DNA of 64,000 bases, taken from positions 192,001 through 256,000 of the forward strand of contig CAWFQK010000001.1 in the NCBI GenBank assembly GCA_963817955.1. The letters run 5' to 3'. Each line of letters begins with the position of its first letter. Positions within the stretch are counted from its first letter, which is position 1. Below, one piece after another: positions 19,949-30,048 of this stretch. The stretch comes from an uncultured Gemmatimonadaceae bacterium. Its GTDB lineage: Bacteria; Gemmatimonadota; Gemmatimonadetes; Gemmatimonadales; Gemmatimonadaceae. Both the position numbers and the translations under genes were made by a program. The notes below the pieces were generated by a model that saw nothing but the letters and a program-made list of their open reading frames with translations, was not told the DNA's origin and ran no database searches.

Positions 19949-20290
19949 CTATCGCGCCGGAACAACGAGCCCAACCCGCTTCCCCCGCTCGATTTCGACG
20001 TAGTCGGTCGCTTCCTCGACCTGTCCAGCCGGCCGCGCGAAGAATTTGATTTGCCCCTCGCCGAGCATGAAGTCGGGAACGCGCAGCGTCGAATCAGTCA
20101 ACGCCGCAACGACACCGAGTCGTACGTCACGCATGCCCTGCTCCGCGTAAATGGTCACGGGAACATTGCGGTCGTTCTCCACCTCGACCAGAGCGATTTC
20201 GGTCGAGTCGACCGCGGCCGGCGGCGCACTCGCGGCCGGTCGCCCAACCGCGAAGAAGGGAATGACGAACAGTGTGAGTATGCTGACCAT
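19949..20290 (-). CDS. Hypothetical secreted beta-sandwich-like protein
   Basis: GAGG before ATG; signal peptide; 'VEVENDRNVPVTIY' pattern. Confidence 0.7.
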   Translation of the reverse strand: MVSILTLFVIPFFAVGRPAASAPPAAVDSTEIALVEVENDRNVPVTIYAEQGMRDVRLGVVAALTDSTLRVPDFMLGEGQIKFFARPAGQVEEATDYVEIERGKRVGLVVPAR

Positions 20291-20611
20291 GATGTCCTCT
20301 CCGTTGTGTGGCGCCAGCGGCGCGTTGACGTTAGTTCGTCTGCACCGAATGACGGAGCGCGATCACGGTCGTTAACGGATCTCACAACATCTTAGTGTTT
20401 CGTTAACTATTCAATCAAAGGTTTATTGCGGCGCCGCGCTTGCTGAGATTGCTTACCACCGCTGCTCGTTCCATGCTGACGGCGATCCGGAGGCCGTGCT
20501 TTCGCCACAACCGAAACGGCGCTCACTGAACCCAACAGCATCAAAACGATACACATTCGCAATCCGCGCCGTTCGATGTCGATGCTCCGGACAACCAGTG
20601 AAGGAGCCGCA

Positions 20612-20788
20612 ATGTCAATAACTCACGCAGACGCGATCACCCCAGCACAGACTGGCCGTCAGGCCAGAACGAACGTCGCGGATGCCCAATCTCAGCGAAG
20701 TCGCTTTCAAGATTCTGTTCATATCAGCGATGCGGGCCGCGCCAAGGCGGCAAGCGGAGACACCGATGGAGACAGCGACGGAAAGTAG
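20612..20788 (+). CDS. Small hypothetical protein with a DSVxIS (FlgM-like) motif
   Basis: AAGGAG 5 nt before ATG 20612; 58 aa; 'QDSVHISDAG'. Confidence 0.6.
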   Translation: MSITHADAITPAQTGRQARTNVADAQSQRSRFQDSVHISDAGRAKAASGDTDGDSDGK

Positions 20789-20845
20789 GGCCGCGCCAGC
20801 CAATGCTGGTCTCGCGCCATCGATAGATTTTCGAGAGACGATTCG

Positions 20846-22792
20846 TCAGACCGCCGCGCACCGCGCCGCCTGAGCGTCCACAATGGCGCGCAGTAAGGAT
20901 GGCGCGGCGAACGGCTTCTGCACGAATACCGCCCCCGTCGGAAGTGCACCACTGCGTATCACCGCGTCATCCGTGTATCCCGACATGAGCACCGCCGCAA
21001 ACGTAAATCCCGCCTCACGCAGGGCGGAGATCAGCGCCGGCCCGTTCATCTCCGGCATCAGGGCGTCCGTCACCACGATGTCCATGGGCGGCGCGGCGGC
21101 ATGCGCCATGTCCAGCCCCTCACGCCCATTACACGCCTCGAGCACCGTATAGCCCCCTTCGACCAGCATTCGCTTCGCGACGGCACGCACCTGCTCGTCG
21201 TCTTCGACGAGTAGGACCACTCCCTTCGCCATCGGCCTCTCGGGCCGGACGGCGGCAGTCCCTCCCGAGTCCAGGACGTCGCGCTCGGCTCGAGGGAGCA
21301 AGACGCGAAAGCGCGCTCCGTTGCCCGGCGAGCTGTCGACCTGAATGAAGCCGCCGGACTGCTCCACGATCCCGTGCACCGTCGCGAGGCCGAGGCCGGT
21401 TCCCTTCCCTTGCTCTTTGGTCGTGAAGAACGGCTCGAACACTCGACGTCGCGTCTCCTCATCCATTCCTTGCCCCGTGTCGACCACGGTCAGCGCGACG
21501 TAATCGCCGGGTACCGGTTCGTTGGCCACGCCGCCGAGGGCCGCACCCTTGGACTGGATGCGCAGATTCGAGGTGCTGATCGAGAGCGATCCACCCCCCG
21601 GCATCGCGTCGCGCGCATTCACCGCCAGGTTCAGCAGCACCTGCTCGATCTGTGTCCGGTCGGCGAGCACCCGGTGCAAGCCACCGGCACACTCCACGGT
21701 CAGCGTGATATGCTCGCCGATCAATGGGCGCAGCATGCTCTCCATCGCGACACAGACCACATTCAGATCGAGCACGCGCGGCGCGAGCACCTGCTGCCTG
21801 CTGAACGCGAGCAGTTGGCGCGTGAGTGATGTGGCGCGCACAGCGGCGCGCACGATCTCGTCGGCGTCGTCGTGCATCGGGCTCGCCGGATTGAGATCCT
21901 CGCGCAGCATTTCGGCGTGCGCACTGATGATGGTGAGCACGTTATTGAAGTCGTGCGCGATGCCGCCGGCCAAGCGCCCCACGGCCTCCATCTTCTGCGA
22001 CTGGCGCAGCCGCTCGTCGCGCTCCCGCAGGGCTCGCTCGGCCTCCGCAGTAGCCTTCGCTCCAGCAATGATCCGGCGCGTCAACGACATCCCAATCAGC
22101 ACGAGAGCGATCGCCACGACCGTCGAGATGGACAGCAGGACCTCGCGCAAAGTGCGCGTGGCGTCGCGCAGCGCACCCGAAAACAATTGCGTCATGGAGC
22201 TCAGCATCAGATCGTCATGCTCGATCTGATTGAGCTCGCGCTTGACCGTCAGGGTCTCTCCGCGGGCGTGCGCAGCCACGAGTCGCCCAAGGCTGGCGTC
22301 GATCGAATCGATCAGTACGTCAGCCCGCATCCAGATCCTCGCCGCGCGCGCAATGTCGCTCTCGCGACGGGCAATCCGGTAGTAGGCCGCCATGAGGTCC
22401 GCGTCCTCCGGATCGTTGCCACCGCGGACGAATGCTGCGGTAGCGGCACGATGGTCTGGGCGATCACTCTCCAGGATATCGCGAGCCTGTCGGTCCCCAA
22501 GGGAGATCTCCCGCGCGCGGGAATAGGCGGCGAGATCGGCGCTATCACCGGTATTGACGAACCGCTCAATGGCAAGAACGCCGTCCTTCTGCGCCCGCGC
22601 CCAAGTGCTCTCGCCGCGATTGTACGACGAAACCGTGAGCATTGCGGTCATGCCGACGTAGAGCAGCGCGAGCAGCAACCCAATCGCGGCCGGGAACGCC
22701 AACGCCGCAGGACCCGGCGATGGGTTCGTCAGAATTCGACGGAGGGACTGACGGAATAGGCGAAATGACTGGCTGGGAGGGAGGGGGCCCAT
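20846..22792 (-). CDS. Membrane-bound hybrid sensor histidine kinase/response regulator
   Basis: Two TM segments around a sensor domain, [20 protein letters not shown], receiver. Confidence 0.92.
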   Translation of the reverse strand: MGPLPPSQSFRLFRQSLRRILTNPSPGPAALAFPAAIGLLLALLYVGMTAMLTVSSYNRGESTWARAQKDGVLAIERFVNTGDSADLAAYSRAREISLGDRQARDILESDRPDHRAATAAFVRGGNDPEDADLMAAYYRIARRESDIARAARIWMRADVLIDSIDASLGRLVAAHARGETLTVKRELNQIEHDDLMLSSMTQLFSGALRDATRTLREVLLSISTVVAIALVLIGMSLTRRIIAGAKATAEAERALRERDERLRQSQKMEAVGRLAGGIAHDFNNVLTIISAHAEMLREDLNPASPMHDDADEIVRAAVRATSLTRQLLAFSRQQVLAPRVLDLNVVCVAMESMLRPLIGEHITLTVECAGGLHRVLADRTQIEQVLLNLAVNARDAMPGGGSLSISTSNLRIQSKGAALGGVANEPVPGDYVALTVVDTGQGMDEETRRRVFEPFFTTKEQGKGTGLGLATVHGIVEQSGGFIQVDSSPGNGARFRVLLPRAERDVLDSGGTAAVRPERPMAKGVVLLVEDDEQVRAVAKRMLVEGGYTVLEACNGREGLDMAHAAAPPMDIVVTDALMPEMNGPALISALREAGFTFAAVLMSGYTDDAVIRSGALPTGAVFVQKPFAAPSLLRAIVDAQAARCAAV

Positions 22793-22907
22793 GAAGATGA
22801 CAATGGTCGGCGTCGACCGAATTGGTCAGGAAAGGAGGGATTGAGAGAGTCTCGGTCGATCTGACGGTCGGGTTAGGGGGTGGAATGACTGGTTACTAGA
22901 TGAAATC

Positions 22908-23259
22908 TGACGGCGCGAACTGCTAACGGCGCTGACTCCCTGACGGCGCTGACTCCCTAACGGCGCTGACTCCCTAACGGCGCTGACTCCCTAACGGCGC
23001 TGACTCCCTGACTGCGGCTTACGGCGGCTTACTGCGTTTGCGGCGCTGACTCCCTGGCGGCGGTTACTGCGCCAGCATCGCTGACCGATCCGAGGTCGCG
23101 TATTGAAGGTGGCCTTACGTCCGCCGTAAGCCGCCGTTCGCGCCGTAAGCCGCCGTCAGGGAGTTGGCGCAGTCAGGGAGTTAGCGCCGTTCGGGAGTCA
23201 GCGTAGGTAGGGAGTCAGCGCCGTCAGGGAGTCAGCGCCGTTAGCAGTTCGCGCCGTCA
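22908..23259. mobile_element. Family A palindromic element, copy 1 (arms of 17-bp ACGGCGCTGACTCCCT[G/A] units)
   Basis: 52-bp perfect terminal inverted repeat starting TGACGGCGCGAAC; core shared with copies at 27334 and 29651. Confidence 0.85.
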
Positions 23260-23805
23260 ACACTTCTCGTGTTCAGACCAATTTCTTACCATCTCCCGTT
23301 GCGATTCAGTCTGCGGCGATCCCGACCCTTGCAGCGAGCGAATCTTTGCGGGCGACATCGTCCGGAATAATTCGGTGACCTGACGCAGCGCTTCATCGCC
23401 AGTGACGCCCTGTCGAACGAGCCAGCATCCCACCACTGTACCGGTGCGACCGACCCCTCCCCAGCAGTGAACGTAGACCACCCGTCCGCGATCTACCTCC
23501 GCAGCGATATGGTCGAGGATCTCAAGCATCTCACTGTGGGAAGGCACATCCATGTCGCGGATCGGCATGCGCAGATACGACACGATAGCGCCGGTTCTCG
23601 CCGCGATGTCGTGGAGCATCGGCTCGTACGGCTGCAGTGGGTCCTGCGTCGTGGTGAGATCGACGAACGAGTTGACCCCCGAATCGAGTACGAGGAGCAG
23701 CCTGGTGAGCGCGGTCCTCTCGGAATGCGCACCGGGATACTCGCCCGCGGCGATCCGCCGGTCGGGGAGCCAGTATGAATTGGGAATTGGTGGCGGGTGT
23801 TTCAT
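23257..23805 (-). CDS. Protein-tyrosine/dual-specificity phosphatase family protein
   Basis: CX5R active-site motif HCWGGVGRT; SPQT..Q motif. Confidence 0.9.
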   Translation of the reverse strand: MKHPPPIPNSYWLPDRRIAAGEYPGAHSERTALTRLLLVLDSGVNSFVDLTTTQDPLQPYEPMLHDIAARTGAIVSYLRMPIRDMDVPSHSEMLEILDHIAAEVDRGRVVYVHCWGGVGRTGTVVGCWLVRQGVTGDEALRQVTELFRTMSPAKIRSLQGSGSPQTESQREMVRNWSEHEKC

Positions 23806-23879
23806 GAGACATCACCGCGAGGCGAACTCGAGGATGGTGAGAGAGCGGACATTGGCATCGTTTGAAAATTCGCCATGTG

Positions 23880-24448
23880 TTCCCACTCGGGCAAATCTGT
23901 CCCCAGTTGCTACCTGATCTCTTCGAAGAAGCCGCGACTACAATTGACCTCAAACTGTCGGTACTTGACCTCAAACTGTCGGTACTTCATGCGCCGGCTC
24001 CAGTTCGATGACCGGCGGGGTAGCGAAGAGTTGCGAGGTGACCAGGGTCGTGCACCCACCCGGCTACGAACGCGTCCGCGGTTGCGGTCCCCGCCAGCTG
24101 CATCGCGATGTTCTCCCCACTCCGTCGAAGCGGCCGCCGACTGCGCAAACACGCTCGGCGGGAGTGACATGTTCGGGTATCGGCGATGTGTGAGAGAAGA
24201 AGTGGTACTGCCCCATGGCTCGGCTGTGGCATTCCGCGGCGACGCCGAGCGTGTCGCTCCAGCATAGCGCCGATCGGCCATTGCGTTTCCGAACCGCATT
24301 CACGCGCTCATGAATCGCCTGGATGAGCGCCGTTGATTGCGCCATCGCTCGACACTGGAAGACTGTCGAATCGTCTCGTGCCATGGTGCAACTACCACGA
24401 GGCGACGAAGATGATGATCGCGCCTCTGATGCCAATCGTGCTGGACAT
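23880..24448 (-). pseudogene. CAP/SCP domain protein, disrupted
   Basis: VNAVRKRNG..L, HSRAM..HFFSH in one frame; GENIA and W..DPGH in another (shift at the C4 run 24115-24118); in-frame TGA at 23987-23989. Boundaries approximate. Confidence 0.8.
23944..23985. repeat. Exact 21-bp tandem duplication
   Basis: TTGACCTCAAACTGTCGGTAC twice. Confidence 0.9.
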
Positions 24449-24796
24449 GTCTGGTGTTCTGACAGTCGTTTGCGCAAGGTATATGAGGTGCTCGATGTCG
24501 ACCGTGAGCGGACCTGGCTATCGTCGCCAGGCGAAGTTCAGCGCAATGGACTGCTCGGTATTCCGCACACAAGATCTGTCACACGATTTGAAGTTTCAAT
24601 TGTTTCGCAGCAAGAGTGATCGATATGGAGTTCTCAATTGGGGAATGGCTACAATCGGATCTGGAGGAAGCAGCCAGGATGTTCTCGGATGAAGTAGGCA
24701 GGAATGCTCTCGGACGAAGCGGCTAGGCTGTTCCCGCTGGTCTGAGGTTGTCCGCGCCGTTACCAACCAATTCCGCCTCTGCGCTGTCCAACTGTC

Positions 24797-27331
24797 ATGC
24801 TCGCTCAACCTCTCCTCGCTCGCTGGCGCGATTCGCTGGCCCAGGACCTCCGCTACTCGCTCCGCGGTCTCCACACACGCCCGGGCTTCGCCCTCATCGT
24901 CGTCTTCACCATTGCACTCGGCGTCGGCGCCGATGCGACGATGTTCGGTGTCCTCGACCGAATCCTTTTCCGCGCGCCGGACCAGATCCGCGATCCCGAT
25001 CGCGTGGTACAGGTCGAGACGCATTCTGCCGGATCCGCGTATTGGCAGTCGAGCTGTTCCTACGCGACGTACACCGATTTTCGCGATCAAGCGGCGGGTT
25101 TCGACGGCGTTGCCGCCACGTACTCCGGGGGATATTTCCCGTTGGATCGTGGGTCGAGCGCGTCTCGCGTCGCGGGTTCGCTCGTGTCGAGCAGCTTCTT
25201 TTCAACGCTCGGCGTCCGCCCGGCGGCGGGTCGCTTCTTCTCGGCCGACGAGGACAACGTTGCCTCTGCAGGAAACGTCGCCGTCATCGGTTACGGATTC
25301 TGGCAGCGGCATTTTAACGGTCGTGAGAGCGCGCTTGGGCAAACGCTCAACATTGGCGTTCAGCGGTACACGGTAGTCGGTGTCGCGCCCAAGGGGTTTA
25401 CCGGCGTCGATCTCAATGATGTAGACGTCTGGCTGCCGATCACCGCTCCGTCCGGGTTGCGCTTCGACAACTCGCCGGGCTGGACGAAGAACCGCCACGC
25501 GAATTGGCTGCACATCGTGGCGCGACTCAAAGGTGCGGAATCCGTGCAGCTCGCTACCCAGCAGGCGACTGCAGTGCATCGCGGGGCGCTCCGGCAGCAG
25601 ATCGCGGAGGACCCGAAGGCCGCACGATATATCAAGCCGGATTCCGAGAGCGTGGTGCTCGCGTCGCTCATCCCGGGCAAAGTCAGCCCGGGAATGAGTG
25701 CCATCGGCCATAGTGTGAAGGTATCGCAGCTGCTCGGTGTCGTCTCGCTGATCGTGCTGATCATCGCCTGCGCGAACGTGGCAAATCTACTGCTCGTTCG
25801 CGCGTTCAACCGTCAGCGCGAGATCGTCGTGCGGCTCGCCCTCGGCGTCAGTCGCGGCCGACTCATCACCCAACTCTTGGTCGAAGGCCTGGTGTTGGCG
25901 ACGCTCGGCGGCGGCGGCGCATTGCTCGTCGCACACTGGACTTCCCAGTCGGTGCGGATCTGGTTGCTCGGCGCGGGCGCGTGGACGGCGGAGGCTGTGG
26001 ATGGGCGACTGCTGGCGTTCACCGCGGTGGCGACACTGGTCACCGGGTTGGTGACGTCGCTCGTGCCCGCGCTCCGCGCGAGCCGCACGGATCTCGCGCA
26101 GGCGCTCAAGCAGGGAGTTCGCGAAGGCGGAGGACAGCGCTCGCCACTGCGCGCCGCACTGCTCATGCTACAAGCGGCGCTTGCCATCGTGATGCTCACC
26201 GGCGCGGGACTGTTCATTCGAAGCGTACAGAATGTCAACGCGCTGCCGTTTGGCGTAGACGTGGACCACGTACTCGTTGCCGACATCGCGCACGCGAGCG
26301 CCGGGCTCACGACCGAGGAAGCGCGCCGCCTGTATGACGACTTCAATCGGCGCGTTCGCAGTGTGCCCGGCGTGAAGTCGGCGGCGGTGACGATCGGATT
26401 GCCGTTCGGACTGTCGTGGAGCACCAGCGTTGCCGTTCCGGGCCGAGTGCTTCCGAAAACCGAGCAGGAGCCGGTGCAGTACGCCGTCACGCCAGACTAC
26501 TTCACCACGATGGGAATCCGTCTGCGCGGCGGCCGTGCGTTCACGGTGGGCGACCGGATGGGCACGTTGCCGGTGGCAATGATCAACGAAACGATGGCGA
26601 CGTTGTACTGGCCGAACCAGAATCCGGTGGGTCAGTGCGCCAAGATCGACGCGGACACGATGCCATGCACCACGATCATCGGCGTGGTGGGAAACACGCG
26701 CCGTCAGAACCTCGTGGAGGGTCTCGTTCCGCAACTCTACCGCCCACTCGATCAGCTACCGACGTCGGCAATCGATCACACGGTCTCTCACTTCGGCTAT
26801 GAGCTGGTGGTCAAGACCGACGGCGACCCGGCGCGCCTGGTCGAACCGGTGCGCCGCGCGATCCACGCTGCTGCCGCCGTGGTGCCGTACGCCAACGTCC
26901 GCCCGATGCGCGATCTGCTCGATCGGCGCATGCGTTCCTGGCAACTCGGCGCACGGGTCTTCTCGGCTTTCGGCGCCCTCGCGCTCGTCCTCGCGGCGGT
27001 CGGGCTGTACAGTGTACTCGCATTCACGATCGCTCAACGGACGCATGAATTCGGACTGCGAGTTGCGCTGGGAGCCCAATCGGCGGACATCGTTCGCGTG
27101 GCGTTAGCGACCGGCCTCGCGCCGGTCGTCGGCGGAATCGTGGGAGGGGTATTGCTGTCGCTTCTATCGGGGAAGTTCGTTGCCGGGTTGTTGTTCGGGG
27201 TGTCGCCACGTGATCCGATGGTATTGGCGGGAGTGGCTGGGATTCTGTTGGTGACCGGGATAGTCGCGAGTGTGGGGCCGGCTTTGAAGGCGGGGAGGGG
27301 GGATCTGGTTCGGGTGCTTCGGGAGGAGTAG
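24797..27331 (+). CDS. ADOP/MacB-FtsX family duplicated ABC permease
   Basis: QDLRYSLRGL, IACANVANLLL, RQREIVVRLALG, RTHEFGLRVALGA; lacks the N-terminal prefix domain present in the 57256 paralog. Confidence 0.92.
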   Translation: MLAQPLLARWRDSLAQDLRYSLRGLHTRPGFALIVVFTIALGVGADATMFGVLDRILFRAPDQIRDPDRVVQVETHSAGSAYWQSSCSYATYTDFRDQAAGFDGVAATYSGGYFPLDRGSSASRVAGSLVSSSFFSTLGVRPAAGRFFSADEDNVASAGNVAVIGYGFWQRHFNGRESALGQTLNIGVQRYTVVGVAPKGFTGVDLNDVDVWLPITAPSGLRFDNSPGWTKNRHANWLHIVARLKGAESVQLATQQATAVHRGALRQQIAEDPKAARYIKPDSESVVLASLIPGKVSPGMSAIGHSVKVSQLLGVVSLIVLIIACANVANLLLVRAFNRQREIVVRLALGVSRGRLITQLLVEGLVLATLGGGGALLVAHWTSQSVRIWLLGAGAWTAEAVDGRLLAFTAVATLVTGLVTSLVPALRASRTDLAQALKQGVREGGGQRSPLRAALLMLQAALAIVMLTGAGLFIRSVQNVNALPFGVDVDHVLVADIAHASAGLTTEEARRLYDDFNRRVRSVPGVKSAAVTIGLPFGLSWSTSVAVPGRVLPKTEQEPVQYAVTPDYFTTMGIRLRGGRAFTVGDRMGTLPVAMINETMATLYWPNQNPVGQCAKIDADTMPCTTIIGVVGNTRRQNLVEGLVPQLYRPLDQLPTSAIDHTVSHFGYELVVKTDGDPARLVEPVRRAIHAAAAVVPYANVRPMRDLLDRRMRSWQLGARVFSAFGALALVLAAVGLYSVLAFTIAQRTHEFGLRVALGAQSADIVRVALATGLAPVVGGIVGGVLLSLLSGKFVAGLLFGVSPRDPMVLAGVAGILLVTGIVASVGPALKAGRGDLVRVLREE

Positions 27332-27333
27332 AG

Positions 27334-27762
27334 GACAGCGCGAAGCGCTGACGGCGCGAACGGCTGACGGCGCTGACTCCCTAACGGCGCGAACGGCTGA
27401 CGGCGCTGACTCCCTGACGGCGCCGACTCCCTGACTACGCCAACTCCCTGACAGCGCTGACTCCCTAACGGCGCTAACGCCCTGACGGCGGCTGACGGCG
27501 GCTGACGGCGGCTTACTGCGTTTGCGGCGCTGACTCCCTGACGGCGGTTACTGCGCCGGCATCGCTGACCAATCCGAGGTCGCGTACAGAAGGTGGCCTT
27601 ACGTCCGCCGTTCGCGCCGTTCGAGCCCGCCGTAAGCCGCCGTCAGGGAGTCAGCGCCGTTAGGGAGTTGGCGCCGTTAGGGAGTTAGCGCCGTCAGGGA
27701 GTCAGCGCCGTCAGGGAGTCAGCGCCGTCAGCCGTTCGCGCCGTCAGCGCTTCGCGCTGTCA
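27334..27762. mobile_element. Family A palindromic element, copy 2
   Basis: Both ends carry the private extension GACAGCGCGAAGCGC; same core as copy 1; fills the gap between two convergent genes. Confidence 0.85.
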
Positions 27763-29553
27763 ACCCATCACGCGATTTCGGCCCGCCCCCTTCGCCTCAT
27801 ATAACTTCCCGTCCGCCTTTTCCAGCGCCGCCCAAGCATTGTCGCCCGCCATTCCATCGGCGAGCCCGATGCTGATGGTGACGCGAAGGCCGGTGGCAAT
27901 CGTGGCCCAGTCGTACCGTTCGATGGCCGCGCAAATGTCGTCACACACGCCACGCGCGTCGATGAGGGTGGTCTCGACAAAGAGCAATGCGATCTCCTCA
28001 CCGCCGTACCGCGCGACGACGTCGACCCGCCGAGTGCGTTCGTGAAAGATCTTGGCGACCGTGCGCAGGACCTGGTCGCCTATGGCGTGCGAGAATTCGT
28101 CGTTGATGCTCTTGAATCGATCGAGGTCGGCAAGCGCTATCGTGAGCGGGTGCCCGAATCGACGCGATCGCTCCCATTCGATGGGCAGCCGCTCGTCGAG
28201 ATCCCGACGATTGCGAAGCCCGGTGAGTGCGTCTTCGCGACTGCGGCGCTCGAGCTGGATGGCCTGCGCTTCCAACTGCCTCACCAGTTGCGACTTTTCG
28301 GCGTTCGCCGCGTCCAGCTGCGCGTTTCGTTCTCGGAGGAATTTGGCTTCGCGCTCTTTCTCCCGTAACTCCATCTGCACCATGGCGCTCAGCACCCGTC
28401 GCTCGGCGTCCGCGCCCCGTAGCTCCTCGTGCAGGGTATGGTACTCCTTGAAGTGCCGGAGGGCGGGCTCCCCCTGACCGAGGGTCTCGTATACGGTGAA
28501 CAGCGCCCGATGGATGTCGGCCCGCTGTTGGCGCGATCCGCCCGCGCGGTTGACAGCGAGCGCCTCCATCAGCGACGTCAACGCCGCGTCATGTTGGCCA
28601 ATACGCGCGAGCGTTTCACCGATCTGAAGGTGCGCCTCCGCATGATGGCCCCCGAGGTGCCGCGCCTCACTCGTGGCGTGGACCTCCTGGAGAATGCTGA
28701 GGGCGCCCTTGAAATTGCCGGCGTCGCGGCGGAGCAGCGCGATGTTCTCCAGGATCTCGACTTCGGCGTCGGCATGGCCTGCTTGGCGTGCGAGCTGCAG
28801 GCCGGCATCATAGTGCTTGAGGGCAACGTCAGGATTGCCCAGACGAGCATAGGCAAAGCCGACGTTGCTCTGGGCGAGCGCGGCATTCAGGGTCTCGCCG
28901 CGGCTCAGATAGTCGGCCAAGGCGCGCTCATGAAAGTGCAGGGCCTCGTCGTCCTGTCCAAGCGCTCCGAGCGCCGAGCCGATGTTATGCACGGTCCAGG
29001 ATATTCCCTGGTTGTTACCGAGTTCCTCAAAGAGGTCGGTGCTTGCGCGGTACTGTTCGAGGGCTGGCGCGATCTCGCCCGCGACGGCATGGACACCGCC
29101 TAGTGCGCAGCGCGTTTCCGCTTCACCGGCTTTGTCGCCAAACTCGCACTGGAGCTCGAGCGCGGTGAGGTAGAATCGAGCGGCTTCGTAGCAGTCGCCG
29201 AGACTCTGATGCACGCGACCCAGGACGGTGAGCGTCGCGGCGCGCTCTGTCGTCTCGCCGAGTCGATCGAAAATCGCGCACGCGGCGGTCGCATCCTGGA
29301 GGGCACCGTCGAGATCGAGCAGCCGTGATCGGCACGCCGCACCCGCGCGCAACGCCCGTGCCTCCCCATGGCGATATCCGGCGGCGCGAGCGAGGGATAA
29401 TGCCTCTGCCGCCAGAGACAGTCCGTCAGCCCCGCCGGTAAACCGCATGGCGTCGGCGCGGGTGGTCAGCGCATCAATATGCTGCGCGACGTCAAGGGTG
29501 ACGCCTGCAGCATTGCTTCCCTCATATGACGTACTGAGGTCAAGCTGCTCCAT
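27760..29553 (-). CDS. TPR-repeat diguanylate cyclase (GGDEF)
   Basis: TPR-like repeats; DALTGLRNRR; RxxD I-site (RRVD) and GGEEI; start placed at ATG 29553 because the ORF-track extension runs into a repeat. Confidence 0.9.
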   Translation of the reverse strand: MEQLDLSTSYEGSNAAGVTLDVAQHIDALTTRADAMRFTGGADGLSLAAEALSLARAAGYRHGEARALRAGAACRSRLLDLDGALQDATAACAIFDRLGETTERAATLTVLGRVHQSLGDCYEAARFYLTALELQCEFGDKAGEAETRCALGGVHAVAGEIAPALEQYRASTDLFEELGNNQGISWTVHNIGSALGALGQDDEALHFHERALADYLSRGETLNAALAQSNVGFAYARLGNPDVALKHYDAGLQLARQAGHADAEVEILENIALLRRDAGNFKGALSILQEVHATSEARHLGGHHAEAHLQIGETLARIGQHDAALTSLMEALAVNRAGGSRQQRADIHRALFTVYETLGQGEPALRHFKEYHTLHEELRGADAERRVLSAMVQMELREKEREAKFLRERNAQLDAANAEKSQLVRQLEAQAIQLERRSREDALTGLRNRRDLDERLPIEWERSRRFGHPLTIALADLDRFKSINDEFSHAIGDQVLRTVAKIFHERTRRVDVVARYGGEEIALLFVETTLIDARGVCDDICAAIERYDWATIATGLRVTISIGLADGMAGDNAWAALEKADGKLYEAKGAGRNRVMG

Positions 29554-29650
29554 CCTACTGTTCAGCCCATCCTGGTCGTCGGTCACAACTGTGCTCCGCC
29601 GGATCATCCCACGTCGGGGTATAGTAGCGTTTGCTAGTGACAATTCCAAG

Positions 29651-30048
29651 GACGGCGCGAACGGCTGACGGCGCTGACTCCCTGACGGCGCTGACTCCCT
29701 ACCTACGCTGACTCCCGAACGGCGCCAACTCCCTGACTGCGCCAACTCCCTGACGGCGGCTTACGGCGGACGTAAGGCCACCTTCTGTACGCGACCTCGG
29801 ATTGGTCAGCGATGCCGGCGCAGTAACCGCCGCCAGGGAGTCAGCGCCGCAAACGCAGTAAGCCGCCGTAAGCCGCAGTCAGGGAGTCAGCGCCGTTAGG
29901 GAGTCAGCGCCGTTAGGGAGTCAGCGCCGTTAGGGAGTCAGCGCCGTCAGGGAGTCAGCGCCGTTAGCAGTTCGCGCCGTCAGGGAGTCGGCGCAGTCAG
30001 CCGTTCGCGCCGTTAGGGAGTCAGCGCCGTCAGCCGTTCGCGCCGTCA
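29651..30048. mobile_element. Family A palindromic element, copy 3 (core inverted relative to copies 1 and 2)
   Basis: Core GCCACCTTCTGTACGCGACCTCGGATTGGTCAGCGATGCCGGCGCAG is the reverse complement of the copy 2 core. Confidence 0.85.

Noticed and set aside
20369..20407. TCGTTAAC repeated at 31-bp spacing in an AT-rich divergent intergenic region
   Set aside because: Only two 8-mers; insufficient to call a regulatory site.
22908..23259. 17-bp repeats as a CRISPR array (also the other family A copies)
   Set aside because: Units are contiguous with no unique spacers, switch orientation mid-element, and no cas genes are in the window.
24300..24700. Several short overlapping ORFs
   Set aside because: No motifs; they partly overlap the decayed CAP gene.
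24797..27331. Permeases without a neighbouring ABC ATPase as a novelty
   Set aside because: Orphan status and PadR pairing are the known properties of the ADOP family.
29554..29745. N-terminal extension of the GGDEF ORF in the ORF track
   Set aside because: The extension starts inside family A copy 3 and translates repeat sequence.
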